Assembly: GCF_018350175.1 (NCBI RefSeq)
Contig: NC_058368.1
Location: forward strand, 82,462,001 to 82,526,000
Origin: Felis catus
Taxonomy: Eukaryota
Direction of reading: 5' to 3'
Length of the DNA stretch: 64,000 nt
Translations under genes and position numbers: made by a program
Shown here: positions 1-13,566 of the stretch, piece by piece
Numbering within the stretch: position 1 is the stretch's first letter
How the letters are laid out: each line of letters begins with the position of its first letter
The notes under the pieces: generated by a model
The model's database searches: none
Told to the model about the DNA's origin: nothing
What the model saw: only the letters and a program-made list of their open reading frames with translations

Positions 1-106
1 AGACGGGGAGGTGGGAAGAGGGACCTTGAGCCGGACAGATACATTTACCTCCTCCACTTAGAGCGATTTTCGGCCACTTTTCTCCACCACAAATTTCCTT
101 CTCTGT

Positions 107-201
107 GGCACGCCCGGCTGGCTCAGTCTGGAGAGCGTGTGACTCGATCTCAGGGTTGTGGGCTCAAGCCCCATGTTGGGTACAGAGATTACTTTTAAGA
201 A
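107..201 (+). mobile_element. Short tRNA-Lys-derived carnivore SINE (no CT tract)
   Basis: gcccggctggctcagtc...gatctcagggttgtgggctcaagccccatgttggg resembles tRNA-Lys(CTT) and is followed by the agagattactt end typical of short Can-SINEs; degenerate flanking repeats (aaatttccttctctg / aaatttttcctcatctg). Confidence 0.8.
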
Positions 202-1951
202 ATTTTTCCTCATCTGCAAGCAGCATAGACTTCCTGACTCTTGGTGCCTAGTGTGACAGGGAAGTGAGATGGTGGGTGGGAGCCCCTCGGCAGGTCCTAA
301 CTGACGGCCTGCCTGTGTGCCCTGGCCCTGCTCCAGCCCTGCCGCTGCCACTCCAGACTCCCTCCTGGCCTTAGGAGGGGAGAGAGGAACAACACTCTCT
401 GTTAGCTGTCTGCTGCTACAGGGGCGACTGCGGTCCAGGCAAGTGGGCCCAGCTCAGGAGAACTGCTGTATAAGTGGCGTTGATGGGGGAGCCTTGGAGC
501 TGAGGACCACCTGGGAAGGGTGTGGGTGCAGCTGGACAGACAGGGGGGTGTCATGCCCAGGACAGCCAAGTGGGATCTCCTCCGTGACTTGCGGGCCCAG
601 GGAGGCCCTGAAAGCAAGCATGACCGAGGTAGCCCGATGCACCTGCATTTGGGACAGAGCACCAGCCCTGTAATGTCATTGCCCAGGGACTGCCCAGAGA
701 CTTGTTCATTTCAGTGCTGTGTTCGTCAGGGCTGGTCCTGCACATACAGACGCCCTGCAAACAGGAACGTCCTGGTTTCAGTCACTGGTCGGTTCAGACC
801 TGTGCTGGCCTCAGGGTCTGGCCACATCATGACTGGGCCTTTCGCTCTCCTGCATGCAGTAAACGCTTCCTGTGTGAGTGGCTGGGACAGAGCGCTGCCA
901 GTGCAGGTGACGTCCTCACACCAGGGGCTCGGCAGGCGGGCTCAGCCCTACTCCTGACCGTGTGTGTGCACAGCTCCAGCGGGGAACGTGCTGTGGGATT
1001 CTCAGCCCTTCCGGGCAGGGCAGGGCTCCAAAAAGGCAAAGCGCCAGGCAGACAACATGCAACAGATGACCCTTTTCTAGAAGAAAAGCTTTTTGTGTTG
1101 GAGGTGTAGATAAGTGTACATAATATGGAAGGTTACCTTTTAGGGCGTCTGGAACTGTAACTATTTCAGAAAACATTTTCCTCTCCGGCCGATAAAACAT
1201 TTGCTGGGCAAGTCCTAGAGTTGGCTCAGACGTATGTTTTCACAACGGGAAACGCTGCCGTTACTTTGTGGGGTTTGCTCTGCGCTTCACGGCAGTGACC
1301 GCTCCGTGGGATGACCGTTGATGCACACTTCCTCGGCCTGCCGCCAGCTTCTGATTCTCATCCATTGCCCCACACGACTACGTGTCAAAGAGACATTTTG
1401 CAAAGCCTACTAGAAGATGTTCTCCTTTCCATTTAGTGGCTCAGATAACTTATTCGCTAAGGAACTGAACACACTTCAAATGGATTTGGGGTGGAAGGAA
1501 AGTCAACACAAATAGCAGCCAGAGGCTTCCTTCTGTTTGGGTCCTTCATCAGTGTGGCTGCAGGGAGGCTCCCGGAGGGGCCGGCGTCTGAGGCAGAGCG
1601 GGGACAGCCCCGGGAGATGGCGGTAGGACGCAGGGAGGCGGGGAGGGGGCCCGCGTGGCTGCCAGCTTCTCTTCACCGTGTGCTGTCGTGAGAACGGGAA
1701 CAGTGAGTGCAGACGGAGCTCTCGGCCAAGGGCCTGGGCACAGCGGCCCCACCAGCTGTGTCCGCGACCACTGGCCTCACCGCTGTCACCACAGTGGCCT
1801 GCTGGGCCCGCTCATTAGCAGTGGTAGCTTTCGAGATTTGGTTACTGTGACAATAAAGGCGAACAATGGTGAAGGTAGCGCAACGCCAGGTTTCCAGAGG
1901 GAGCCTCAGTCTCTGGCTCTGAAGGAAACCCTTTTGGAAACTTAATGTGCA

Positions 1952-2117
1952 GGGGCGCCTGGATGGCTCAGTCGGTTGAGTGTCTGGCTTCGGCTCAGGT
2001 CATGATCTCGTGGTTTGTGGGTTCGAGCCCCACGTCAGGCTCTGTGCTGACAGCTCAGAGCCTGGAGCCTGTTTCGGATTCTGTGTCTCCCTCTTCTCTG
2101 CTCCTCCCCTGCTCGTG

Positions 2118-2155
<38 letters not shown>

Positions 2156-2190
2156 AATAAACATTAAAAAAAATTAAAAAAAGAAAAAAA
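1952..2190 (+). mobile_element. Can-SINE (felid SINEC_Fc-type), full length
   Basis: ggggcgcctggatggctcag head, (CT)n tract, A-rich tail; TSD gaaacttaatgtgca (1937-1951) / gaaacataatgtgca (2191-2205). Confidence 0.95.
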
Positions 2191-2841
2191 GAAACATAAT
2201 GTGCAGCTCGGACCCTGCTGTCAGCAGCCCTGGGTTGGACTCCCTCTCGCCACTTGGAGGTGACGGAGCTGTGGGCGGGGACATCGGTGCCACGTGGTCC
2301 TTCCACCGTCTCTGCATTAAGTAACACAGTTGTCTGCTCCGGGTCTTTCCTACTTTCTCTTCCTGTGTCTCAGTAAGCTTCTCACTTGCCCCACCTTTGT
2401 GTGACACCCTCAGCATCAGGCTCCTGCCGTTGCCTCTCTCACCTCCACAGCGGAGGGGACATTTCCTCTGCACGGCATGGCTGTGTCTCTCTCACCTGGG
2501 CCCGCTAGGGCCCACTGGCTGGCTGAAGCAGCCGGGAGCTCTGGAGGCCAGGAGGACCCCGTGTGGCCATATGAGGGTTCCCGCCCCAGAGGTGGGGCGC
2601 ACAATGTGGCCACGCACCTGCCTGCCTTCTCCCTAGCCAGCAGCCACCAGGGCTACGCTGAGAGCGGGGACGCTCCCCAGGGTCGTGAAACGTCAGGACG
2701 GGAAGACCAATCCTCTCTGCCTTCTTCCAGGACGCGGACACTGTGTCTGGGGGTGGACTCCGTGTGCCCCTGCTGGAGTCCTCCTGGGCTGAGGTGCTGG
2801 GCAGAGGACGGCTTCGGTCCTCATGAGATGCAAAATGCTGT

Positions 2842-3007
2842 CATTCCGGGTGTGGGGACAGCGCCAAGAGGGCTCTTTCTGGGTGTAGACAGTGCGAGAG
2901 CCGTCATTCTGGGTCTAGACAGCAGGAGAAGCCTCCTTCCAGGTGTAGACAGAACCAGAGAGCCATCATTCCGGGTGTGGGGACAGTGCAAGAGGCCTTC
3001 TAGGTGG
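2842..3007. repeat. Degenerate ~31-bp minisatellite, about 5 copies
   Basis: Recurring unit c(a/t)ttc(c/t)gggtgt(ag/gggg)acag...agagcc; the first and fifth units share cattccgggtgtggggacag. Confidence 0.7.
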
Positions 3008-3231
3008 TGCTCTGAAGGCCAGACGCTCTGCCACAGTGGCTCTTGGACAACGTGACCTGGGGATGCCCCACAGGAGAGTCTAGTCACTGCTAACCCGCAT
3101 CCGCGGCCCCGGGGACATGCTCTGTGCCCTCACGGGCTCCCATCCGCCCATGGGCTGGCTCAGCTGTCAGTGTTAGGGTGCATGACCTGTGACCTGGGCC
3201 TCCCAGACTGGACAAACAAGAATGTGAGCAT

Positions 3232-3992
3232 TCATGCACACACAAACACACACGTACACACACGCATGCACACACGTCTAGACACACACACGCACACAAA
3301 GCGTGGAACATGTGTGTGTGCACACACGTGAGCGTGCACAGACATGTACACACGCACACATACAGATGCACACACAAGCGTGCACACACATACACAAACG
3401 CACACGAGCACACGTGTGTACAGGCACACGTGTGCACACACGTACACATGCACAAATACACATGTGTGCACACACAGACACACACAGACACACAGATGCA
3501 CACACAAGCGCGTGCACACATACACAAATGTACATGAGCACGCGCGCACACAGGCACACACAGGCACACACAGGCACACATGCAACACACTCACAGAGGC
3601 ACACATGTGCACACACATGCACAAGCACACACATGTGCACACAGACATACGAGCGCGCACACATACACACACATGCACACTCGCACAGGCACGCACATGC
3701 ACACAGGCACACATGCGCACATACGCACAAACACGTGTGCACACACAGACACCCACATACACATAGGTGCACACACAAGCACGGGCACACACACAAATGC
3801 ACATGTGTGCACTCTCACACACAGGCACACGTGTGCACATGCACACATGCACAAACACACGTGTTCGCAAGACACATACACACAAGTGCACACACATGCA
3901 CACACGCGCGCACACACAGGCATATACAGGTATACACACACGTGCACACAGGCACACATGCACACACATGCACACACTCACGCACACACACG
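3232..3992. repeat. Long degenerate (CA)n / alternating purine-pyrimidine repeat
   Basis: About 760 bp of cacacaca interrupted by catg, cgtg, tgca and caggca; produces the His/Thr and Cys/Val ORFs in the track. Confidence 0.95.
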
Positions 3993-5829
3993 CATCGTGA
4001 AACGGTCAACATTGAGGAGCTGGAATTGCCCCACCTCAGGCATCTTGCTGAACCCACTGCTCACAACCCTGCAAGCCTCTTCCGGGCGGGCCCCTCCTGC
4101 CCCTGCCCTCCATCCACACCTGGCTTTCGTCCTCTGGTCCCCCTTCCCATTTCACGTGTGCTTTTCTTCCAGGGTCCTGGAAGTCGGGGGGTGGGGTAGG
4201 GAGAGGGCAGAAGGAAGGGCGTGTGTGCTGGCAGAGCCCTCATGGAGACGCCCAGAGGTGACCCCAGGGGCTGGAACGTGTGTGGAAGTCATTTCCGCAT
4301 TGCTATGACTGGGGACAGAGCCAGGGGTGCTGAACCCCCCTCCGCCCTGGCACAGACTGTTCCAGAGAGAGTGTCATGTGTGCGTCTGTGGATGAACTGG
4401 GAGAAGAAGCAGGGAGGGAAGGTAGAGGCGTCGTGCTCCCAGCTAGGGCACTGGGACCTTCTCTGGTGATGTGTGGGACCCATCGAGCACTTTGGGACCA
4501 GAGGCACCATGGGGACTGCTTTGGTTTGGATGGGACAATCCTTCCAGCCCCAAGCCGCCCAGAACAGAGTTCCCCTGGCCCACATGCAAAACACGGGAAT
4601 TTACCCTCAGGGAGGAAGCAGAACATCTGGTGGGTGGGGCGGCCTGTGGCAAGTGCTGGACACTGAGGCCTGAGGGTTGTGAAGTTTCCCCAAGATGGGC
4701 CAGAGCAGGGCACTTGCAGGCGCATCTGGGTTCACAGGCCTGAGAGGGGCCCTCCCGGCGGGAAGCCCTGAGCAGGTGTTTCCAGCATAGTGACCTCTGA
4801 ATGCAGGGCCTGGGACAAAGCTGTAGGAGGGAAGGACAGGATGGACACACACACAGAGGGGACCACGGTGAGAGCCCACCACGTGCAGACACCCAGTCCT
4901 TGGGCCTGCTCGCAGGCCTCTGGCTCGCCTGGGACACACTGTGGTTTCTGCACCTGCTACATTTGTGTGATAAGCATGTTACCGTTACTACAATACCACA
5001 GTGTGGCTTACAAGCATCAGCTGGCCCAAGAGGGGGCTACTGCATGAAGAAGGACTGCTCCAGAAGCGGGAAGGGCGCGGCAGACAGGATGGAGTGGGCT
5101 CCCTGGAATGTCCCCTGGGCTGTCCTCCTCTGGGCCCAGGAGAGAAGCTGTGTGCCCATACCGCCTGGGGTATGTGTGACATGTTAGATGTCTCAGGTTA
5201 AAAGGCCTCATTGCAGAGGTGACTAGGGTCGTTTTCCTTGTTGGGGAGAATTACTGGACAACTCTTCTGATTGTCCCCGTCTCTTGTGTGTAACAGCCAT
5301 CAGGATCTTTGAAAGTCACGTAACTTAGTGAATTCATCTAGAAAATGATGCCGGTAAGCACCTTCTTCCGTGAGCTACCTCTGAAGACAGACGCGGTTCA
5401 TTTATTTTCACAAAAGGAATGAGAAGGTGGTTCAGATTCCTCTGCCCAAAGGGCTGAAGTTAGTTCTGAGCCACAGCTCAGCATGAGGGCTCCAGGCTCT
5501 CTGGGAGAGGGGCCTTCGGAGAGGGCACCTGCGGGTACCCTGGGGGTGCCAGGGCCATGCAGCTGTCAGTCACGGTTTACCCGGTAAACCCATGATCACC
5601 CGAGACTTACCGAGTCCCTGAAAGAAACTCTCAAAAGCCTCTTGTTTGGCGAGGGAGGGGAACCCAGTAGGTGGCCGGTGGTGGGAAGGGGTGGGGGCAC
5701 CCGGCAGGATGAAACCGGGCCTGCACTTGCAGCCCTGCCCCCGCAGTGTCTTTGACGCTGGCTCCAAACCACCACATGGTGACGAGCAGGCCGACTCGGA
5801 GGGTCAGCCGTGACCTCAGTTGTGCCGGA

Positions 5830-5975
5830 TTCCTTGGCTTATAGGCAGGAAACCTCACTCTCTCTCTTGGTGTCTCCTCCCTTCTTCAAGGACACCATCC
5901 TGGGGTGTCATTAGGGTGTCATTAGGGCCCCCCCCCAGTCACTAGCTCCAGTCAGAACATCACATCTGCAACCAC
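5830..5975 (-). mobile_element. MaLR (MLT1-like) LTR fragment
   Basis: cttggctt...cttcttcaaggacacca...cattagggccc...tcacatctgcaa resembles the MLT1 core. Confidence 0.45.
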
Positions 5976-8644
5976 AATTTATCTGTGCCCTGCGCCCCCC
6001 TGTGCCTTCCCGCAGGTCGGCAGGATGCAGAGCCGGGAGATCCGTGTGTCCCCAAGGCTGGTGGGGCCCAGATTGTACCATCTCTGGACGCTCCTGCTCT
6101 GAGCTGCCCTCGGGCCCAGCTTGCTGTGCTGTCTCAGGGGTAGGACAGAGTGTAGTTTTTAAAGTGTCCAAAACTGACTGTCACACAAATACAGAATGAA
6201 AAAGATTTATTAACTCATTAAAGAGGGACCAGAAACTTGATATGGCTGTTGGAAGAGTATTTTAGGGAAGTGGGTGCTCACAGGCCTTGAAGAAAGTCGG
6301 GGCAAGGGTGCCGGGCCAAATGCGAAACTGGCTGATGGCCTTCAAGGCCATTAAATATATTCAGTACGTATTTACTAACTGATATTTTAATATAGGTACA
6401 TTAATGTTTAAACAATAAAGTTTTATTTCAATTATTAATGGTTATTAGATAATTATTTACAATAACACCCCATTAATATTTATTTAATATGAACAATACT
6501 TAATTATTTACTAATTTATCTCATATTAGCTAATTCCATTTATTTATCAACTGTTAATGACTAATTAAATGTTTTAAATATATATATATTTATTAATATT
6601 ATCAGTTCAACATGTATTTATTACATATGTAGTGTTAAATGTACACATAAGTACATATTTGAAGTTATTTTTTCTTGTGGGCAGAAATTACTTGCCGCTT
6701 CACAGGGAAAGATCTATGAGCCGACACGGAACTTGGGAGCCTGAATCTGTAATTCATGTTAAATAGCAAAGTGAGACAAGGCACTTTGCTCAGCTGGTGA
6801 ACCAGGCCTGGAGGGCTCAGGAAAGGGCGCCCCGGTGTGACAGGGAGGGACATGCCCCCACTCTCTGGCCTTATCTCCACATCTGGGGTGTTGTTCTTGC
6901 CACAGACAGCGGCACCCTGTCCCCCAAGTGGCTCCTGCGGCACATGTCAGAAAGCATCGTGGGGACCCTTCTGGCGACCCCCCCCCCCCCCGCCCATGTC
7001 CTGTGCTGGTGGCTGGATCAGCGACGGCAGGTAACTAGACACTGTTTACTGGCCGGGTTCCTTCATGAGGGATTTGCACATGTTGCTTAGTGACCTCATG
7101 AACGTGAGCGTGGAGACGCCTGGGGACCATGCTGGACAATTCCTGATTGAAGCTACATAGAAAATAAGGGGATATTGTTGACATTTCTGTCTGGCAGCAA
7201 GACTAGCCCCTTGGACTGTGAGGCCCGTGAAGCAAACTCCAGTTGCCATAGAAAGATTCGGTCCAGTTCTGAGAATTTAGAATCAGCCACCGTGGCCCGA
7301 CACGAATGACGGTGCTGCTGGAGTTCACTCGTGTTTGGTACCTGAACACTCAGACCTCGAGCGGGCCGTCCCCTAGATGCACTAACAGATGTGGGCCACG
7401 GGCCAGGTCTCGAGCTCTCGTGCCCCCGCCCCCCGCGGCCCAGCCCGCACACCCTGCGGCCTGTGTAGCCCAGAGGAAAAAGCAGTGCGCCCGGGACCTG
7501 TTTCCCTGCTTGGAGGCTACTGTTCGAGTCTCGGGCTTCAAAGTGGAAGCGTCTCTACACTAGAGGCCAGTGCCTCCCGTTTCCTTCAAAGGCAGAGCAG
7601 AGTCTCTCGTCCCTGACGCAGAGCCCCCCACCCTGCCCCCCCCGAGAGCTGAAGGCTTCCCCGCTTCCAGGGCTCAGGGTTTGGGACACACGTGATTTAT
7701 CCGTCACATTAAAGAGGATCTTCTTTTACTGGTGTCTGTTGCAACAGGTAAAGTCATGGCTGGTCGGAGCCACCCAAGGGCACAGAGAAGACGGCTGAGC
7801 GGGACTCAGGGAAACACATGTCGTTGGCCCCAAGTGCATGGAGACCCGCACATCCTGGTGGCAAGAATGAGCTAATGATGGCCAGCAACATCACAAAACA
7901 AGTGCTTGTGGAAGTTATACCCACTACCAAGTGTGTGGCCAACTCATGCGAGGTTGGGGAGGCTGCAGCCAAGGAGACAGATGCCACCTTCCTCCTCCTG
8001 TGGCCGCAGCAGGGCCCCTGGGGGGCTGATGGCCTGCCGACTGCTTGTAGGTTGAGAGCTGTGGAGACACAGAGGGATCTTGCAAGGACACTTTGCTTTG
8101 TGCACAGACAGGCGCCTGGACACTGCCTTATTCCAGGCACCTTTGAAACGTGGGAGGAAACTCAACGGCCACCCTCCTGTGTGTCCCTGTGAGGTAGGAG
8201 TGCGTCCATGCTCGTGAGTTGTCTCCAGTTTACGCAGCTGGGGCTGAAGACACTGTCTAGCCTGCGACTGCTGTGTTCATCTAGTGGTGAGAACCGCGCG
8301 ATGCTTTTCTCTGTGCAGGTCCAGGAAACAACGTCTCTTGATCGAGGAAAGTTGTGAGGGCCCGGGGATCAGCCGAGGTGGCCTTTGTGACGCCACCGTC
8401 TGCGGCACCGTCGGGGGCTTTGGTGCCTATTTCATGGCGAGCCCTGATGTCGGTCGTGAAGTGGGTGAACGGAACTGGAATCCAGTCCTTCCTGAGGCCG
8501 TGGTGGAGTGGGGGGCGCCTCCACCTTGTGCACAGAGAGGCGTCTCCACCACTGGGAACGTGTTCTGCTCCTGGAGGGTCCTGACACCCAGCCCACCATC
8601 CAGTTGATACTAACTTGATTCCTTCTTTGTGTGTGTGAGACATC

Positions 8645-9060
8645 TTTAAAACAATTCATTCAGGTGGAAGTCACATAGAATCAACCATTTCATTGTGAAC
8701 AACTCAGCGGCATTTAGTGAATTTGCAATGCACCTCTACCTAGCTCTAGAACATTCCATCAGGACCAGCCACTCCCTGTCCCCTGCCCCTGGCAGCCACG
8801 GGTCTGCATCCTGTCTGCAGACTTGACTGTCTTGGGACTTTCATATAACAGCGTCACACACTGTGTGTCCATCGGGCAGCTTCTTGCACTTAGCTGGTGT
8901 GTCCCGGGTCCCGCAGCCAGGCTGTAGACTGCATCGGAGGTGTGCTCCTTCTCATGGCTGAATAATACTCTGCTGTGTGGACAGACCACAGTTGGTCTGT
9001 TCACTAACTGATGGACATTTGGGTTGTTTCCACTTTCTGGCTGTTGTGAAAACTGCTTTA
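8645..9060 (-). mobile_element. Old L1 (L1MB-like) 3' UTR fragment
   Basis: Characteristic antisense motifs cccctggcagccac, atggctgaataatactc and tgatggacatttgggttgtttccac. Confidence 0.85.
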
Positions 9061-11139
9061 CTATATTTTCTTGTCTTTCCACAGGTACACCCTCCACACA
9101 CGTTTTCATGTCTTTTTTCAGTCAATGGTTAATTTTTTTTCCAGGAGCCCATTTTGAAAATATTATTGATGACTTTATTTCCATTCCGTTAAATCCAATA
9201 AAGTTAAATTATAATAAATTTTATTTTTGGTGTAAATAAAATATTTAAACTGAAAATAATGTGAGTTTTAATATACCTTTTTTAAAAAGTTTTTCATTAT
9301 CTTTCTCAAATACTTCAATGTTGCAGAAGAAATGTTAAAAATGTATATAAAAGCATCTATACAGGGTGCACATTTTTCCTTTTGTCTCAGGTCCCAGCAT
9401 GGCCTGGCCAGGTGCTGGGGCCCCTGGGGGAGGCTTGGGGGAGTGTCACCATCCAATAGACCCCCTGCAGTGAAAGGTCATGGCCATCATAGTCATCGTG
9501 ATAATGATATTGTCTGCTAAGGACAACGGATGTTTTCTTGGTGCTACATAAGGAATCAATTTTTAAAGAGTCCCTGGAAAACTGCTATTTGCATTTATTT
9601 GTAACGTGAAACTTAGCAGACGGCGCTAAGCCTTGGGCTGATGACACAGGCTGTGGGTACAGGCTTTGGGGCAGTTTCTGCCATCCTTTCTCCCCTCTAG
9701 ATGCTCAGCCCTGGGACTCAGTCGTCAGAGCAGGTCTGGGGGGGATGTGCCCATTTTCATCATCTCATCCTGGGGGCGGGGGCCACTCTGGGTGCCTGAG
9801 CTGTTCTGAGGCTGTCACTCCGGTGCCAGGTCTGCCCCTTAGTGACAGGGGGACTTCCTTGTTTCTGATAGCCACTGGATTTGGCCCTGAACCCATTCAT
9901 GTAGTGAGGGAGGTGGGGCTCTATCTCAGGCGTCTTTGAGAGCAAGTTGCATCAGGATGTGCCATGGACGTGACCCCTGAGCAGCCCCTAGGCGTCTCCC
10001 ACAGGCTCCCAGCCTCACCACGTCAATAGCCCAGGTGGTGCCTGGCCATGCCTCAGGCAATTGCAGCCCCTTCGTGGCTCCCCTGGGGCTCCCCCGTGCC
10101 CCCGGGGGCCTCAGCCTCAGCCCCAGCCCCTCCCTGACACTACAATCCAAGGGCCTTGCCAGGGAAGCTGCTGTAGGGTTTTGTGAGGTCGTGTCCACGT
10201 GCCCTGGGGCCACAAAATCAGGGCCACACCCTGACCAAGTCTCTGGCTGAGGCTTCCCGTGTCTGTTGCTGAGGGACGGGTAAAATGCAGCAGGAGAATA
10301 AGGAAAGGGCAGTTTGCCTTGTCCACAGTTCCAGGCAAGGCCTCCGGGCGCAGCCGCCTGGAACCCCCGAGTGAAGTGTGGAATGCCAGGGAAGGAAACG
10401 CTTCTGTCCAACCTGGCTTATCTGACCTGACCAGCAGGCCGCCCGTCTTACGATAACAAATCGCTTCCTCTAGTGAACAAGGCGGAGTGTTGGTAAACAG
10501 CATGGGCGCCAGGCTTAGATTTAGCGGGGTCTTTCCTTGGGGTCTGTGGCAGAGGACCTTCTCTTCTCTTGGGGGGGGCGTGGGGACGCGGGTTCGGGTT
10601 TGGATTGGGAAGCTTCCTCCAGAGAAGGCACCGGGAGCCAGGCGAGCACGGGGCTCTGTATCTTTTCTGGGGCCTGTGTTTGTGTCCAGCCTCTCCCCCA
10701 AGGTTGTTTGAAGTGCCAGTGTCCTCCATTTGTTCCCTCCCAGACACCCCCAGGGAATGGCGAGGAGTGGCTGCGGAGTCAGTGGCATCCAGGCCCAAGG
10801 AGGACGATGGAGCAAAGGTCACACAGACACAAGTAGGGGAGATCTGTGAGAAGTGCATGTCCCTCCAAGGACTGCGGGTGGAGTCCCTTAGATGATCTCC
10901 TTGTTCTCGGCGACGAAGGATGTGCCCCCAACACGCTGCTCAAGCCTGCCCTCTTGGCTCAGGCGGTGGCCGTTGGGAAAATTAGTTCACAGAGCGGTCT
11001 GCTGTCCACACATCTGCGAGGTTCATGATGGAAACGCTGAGGCAGACACGAAGCAGAGAGGCTGGTGTCGTGAGCCCCGTCGCCCGTGAGCCCTCGCCAT
11101 GATGCCAGCCCACAGCGGCCAGTTTTGTTGGCACCCCAC

Positions 11140-11950
11140 CCACTCCCTCACCGGGCTAGTTTAAGCCAGTCCCATACATGATATTGTTTTATCCCTAATA
11201 TATCAGAAAGTATTTATAAAAGCTAAGGGCTCAGCACAATTCCATGTTTGCACCTAAAAAAATGGACCCCTTGAGGCCCACAGACGTCAGTGCTCACGCT
11301 TGCCCTGCTGCTGGTGACGCTTGTAAGTAGCTGTGTCTTCCAGTGAGGGCCTCCGCCTCCTCTTTAATCTTTCCGTCTCCCTCCCTTCCCTTTCTTTGTG
11401 ATTTATTTGTCCTTCATCCCACGGCTTCCTGCGCTGGGTTTTGCCAGCCTGCACGAGGTGTTGCTACCGTGTGCGGGGACAGCCTGGTCAGGGCCCCTCT
11501 GGCTGGCCCCGGTGGGATCGAGTCAGGCTGGTCTCTGCTCCCAAGAAGACCTGGTCTGCCCACCTCTCTGTGCCGCCCACACCAGGCCCATTATTTCAGT
11601 GTCAAGTGAAGGCATTCCGATTTTACTCTCCCTTTTATCATTATTAGTCGTAAAAGGAGAGATGCCCTCCCCCCGACCCCAGCCACTCGGCCACCCCTGG
11701 CCACCCCCCGTCTGTCTGCGAAAGGGAGTGAAATGCTTCTTTCTTCCCATTCATCTACCAGCTTTCAAAAAAGCAAGTTAGTGTTTTAGCATCTGCAAAG
11801 GTGAGTTTTGTTGTTATTTTTAGTGTTGTTACAAAGTCCTGGATTTCACATATTTGATGTGTTTCTGCCCATTGTCGAGGCTCGAATTGCTGCACCCGTG
11901 GCCAGTGGGCGGTGTGCCCTTGTGGGCAGCCAGCACGCAGCTCTCCTTTC
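11140..11950. mobile_element. Highly degraded L1MC4/5-like fragments
   Basis: Motifs such as atatttgatgtgtttc...ctcgaattg...tggccagtggg match recalled L1MC 3' sequence; the match is patchy. Confidence 0.45.
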
Positions 11951-13199
11951 CTCGACGGCCCAGTCTCCCTCCACGTCTGTACTTCATGGTGTTGTTTTTA
12001 CGGGCAGCTCGAGAGGTTTGGTGATTTTCCCGGGCTGGGATTTTGATGGCAGAAACGGGATGGGCAGGGTCACCAAACAAGGGGACAAGGTTCTTCCTTC
12101 TGCCTTAGTAACATTTCTCAAAATTTTCACTCCAAGAGCAGAACAGAGAAACTTCCCTCCCCACTGTCCTACCGTGGTTTCTTCTCACCTGCAGGTGTCA
12201 TTTTACAACTCAACACACTTGCCTCAAAATAGAGGGAACAGGGGCAGAGGCTGGAAAAAGTGGGGGGGGGTGGCCACAGAGGCAGCTGTGCTCTAGCCTC
12301 TCCTTCTTGCAAAGCCTCCAAAACACACAACCTGGGTGTGGCCCTTGGTGGTCAGGGCCTGCCCTTCTCATGTACCCCTGCTGTGGCTGTTCCCTGGGGG
12401 TCTCCTGTGCCCCACTGTGGGCTCTCAGCCTCATCCACACAGACAGGTTCAAGGGTACAGCACAAGAGTACTCAAGGGTGAGTGCTGGACGCAGGAGAGA
12501 CTGGCAGGGCCTTGGAGGGTACCAAGCCCTCCGGGCACAGCTCCCAAGGCAGGGGCAGGCTGTCTCCACAGCTGGGTGTGGGCCTGGGGAGAAGTCCCAC
12601 TGGCCAGTCCCCAGGCCACTGTCTGTGACCGCCTCCTCCATGCTCCCAGAGGACCTGAGGGAAGGGTGCTCAGCCCATCCACAGACGTGCCACCCTGTAC
12701 ATGAGGTGGCATTGCACAGAGAGAGGAAGCACCATGGGGAAAGGGGGGTGCGCTGTGCCCCCACAAGGGTCTGGGTGCAGAGGAGCAGGACCTTAGTGCC
12801 CTAGCCCAGTGCGAAGTGCAGGGGTAGAGTCTGGGAGGTGGGCTGGAACCCTCATTGGCATCTTGAGAACCCTGCTTTCTCAGACCGCCAGGTGTGGCAA
12901 TGCTCCCACGGGGCCATGCTGCATGGAAGGTTCTTCCAAGGTCTGTACGTTCCTGCCTCTGGTCATTGGCACCTGCCCCCACCCTCATGCACCTCAGTCC
13001 CATCTGGTGTCTCCACGAGTCCCACGCATCCCGCAGCCTGGTGGCTGCCCGGGAGCTGCATCCATGACCCAGTATCTTGCCCCCACAGAAGGTCGTCCAG
13101 TGACCCACGTGCCAGGCGTAGCGACCTCACCTGTGTGACTCACGTCTCCAGTGTTGGCTTTTACAGAGCCGGCATCTAGCAAGTACTCATGAATGAAAG

Positions 13200-13566
13200 A
13201 ATTGGCTTCTGGGGGGCCTTAAGCCAACACATTTATTATCTCACAGTTCTGGAGGCCAGAGTCGAAAAGAACAGAATCATGGGGCTGCTTCCTTCTGGGG
13301 GCCCTGGGGAGACCACGTTCCCTGCTTTTCTAGCCCGGAGGCACCTGTGCCCTCTGCCCACAGCCCCTTCCTTGACTCCAGACCAGCAGCTCTTCCCAGC
13401 CTCTCTCTGAGCCCTCCTGGCTCCCACCTCCCCTCACAAGGACCCACCCAGATAATAACATGGATCACCTGCAACCTTAAAACCCTCAACTCAGTCTTAC
13501 CTGCAGGTAACAAGATTCTGGGCATTCAGTGTGGGTGTCTTAGGGGCGCGAGTCTGCCCACCACAC
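13200..13566 (-). mobile_element. MaLR MLT1 solo LTR
   Basis: atttattatctcacagttctggaggccaga, cccacccagataat and terminal ctgcccaccaca. Confidence 0.8.

Noticed and set aside
107..185. Possible tRNA-Lys gene
   Set aside because: The anticodon arm is degenerate and the sequence continues into a SINE-type 3' end, so it is a tRNA-derived SINE.
3090..4308. Longest ORFs in the track (up to 298 aa, His/Thr- or Cys/Val-rich)
   Set aside because: They are translations of the (CA)n-like repeat, which lacks stop codons in most frames.
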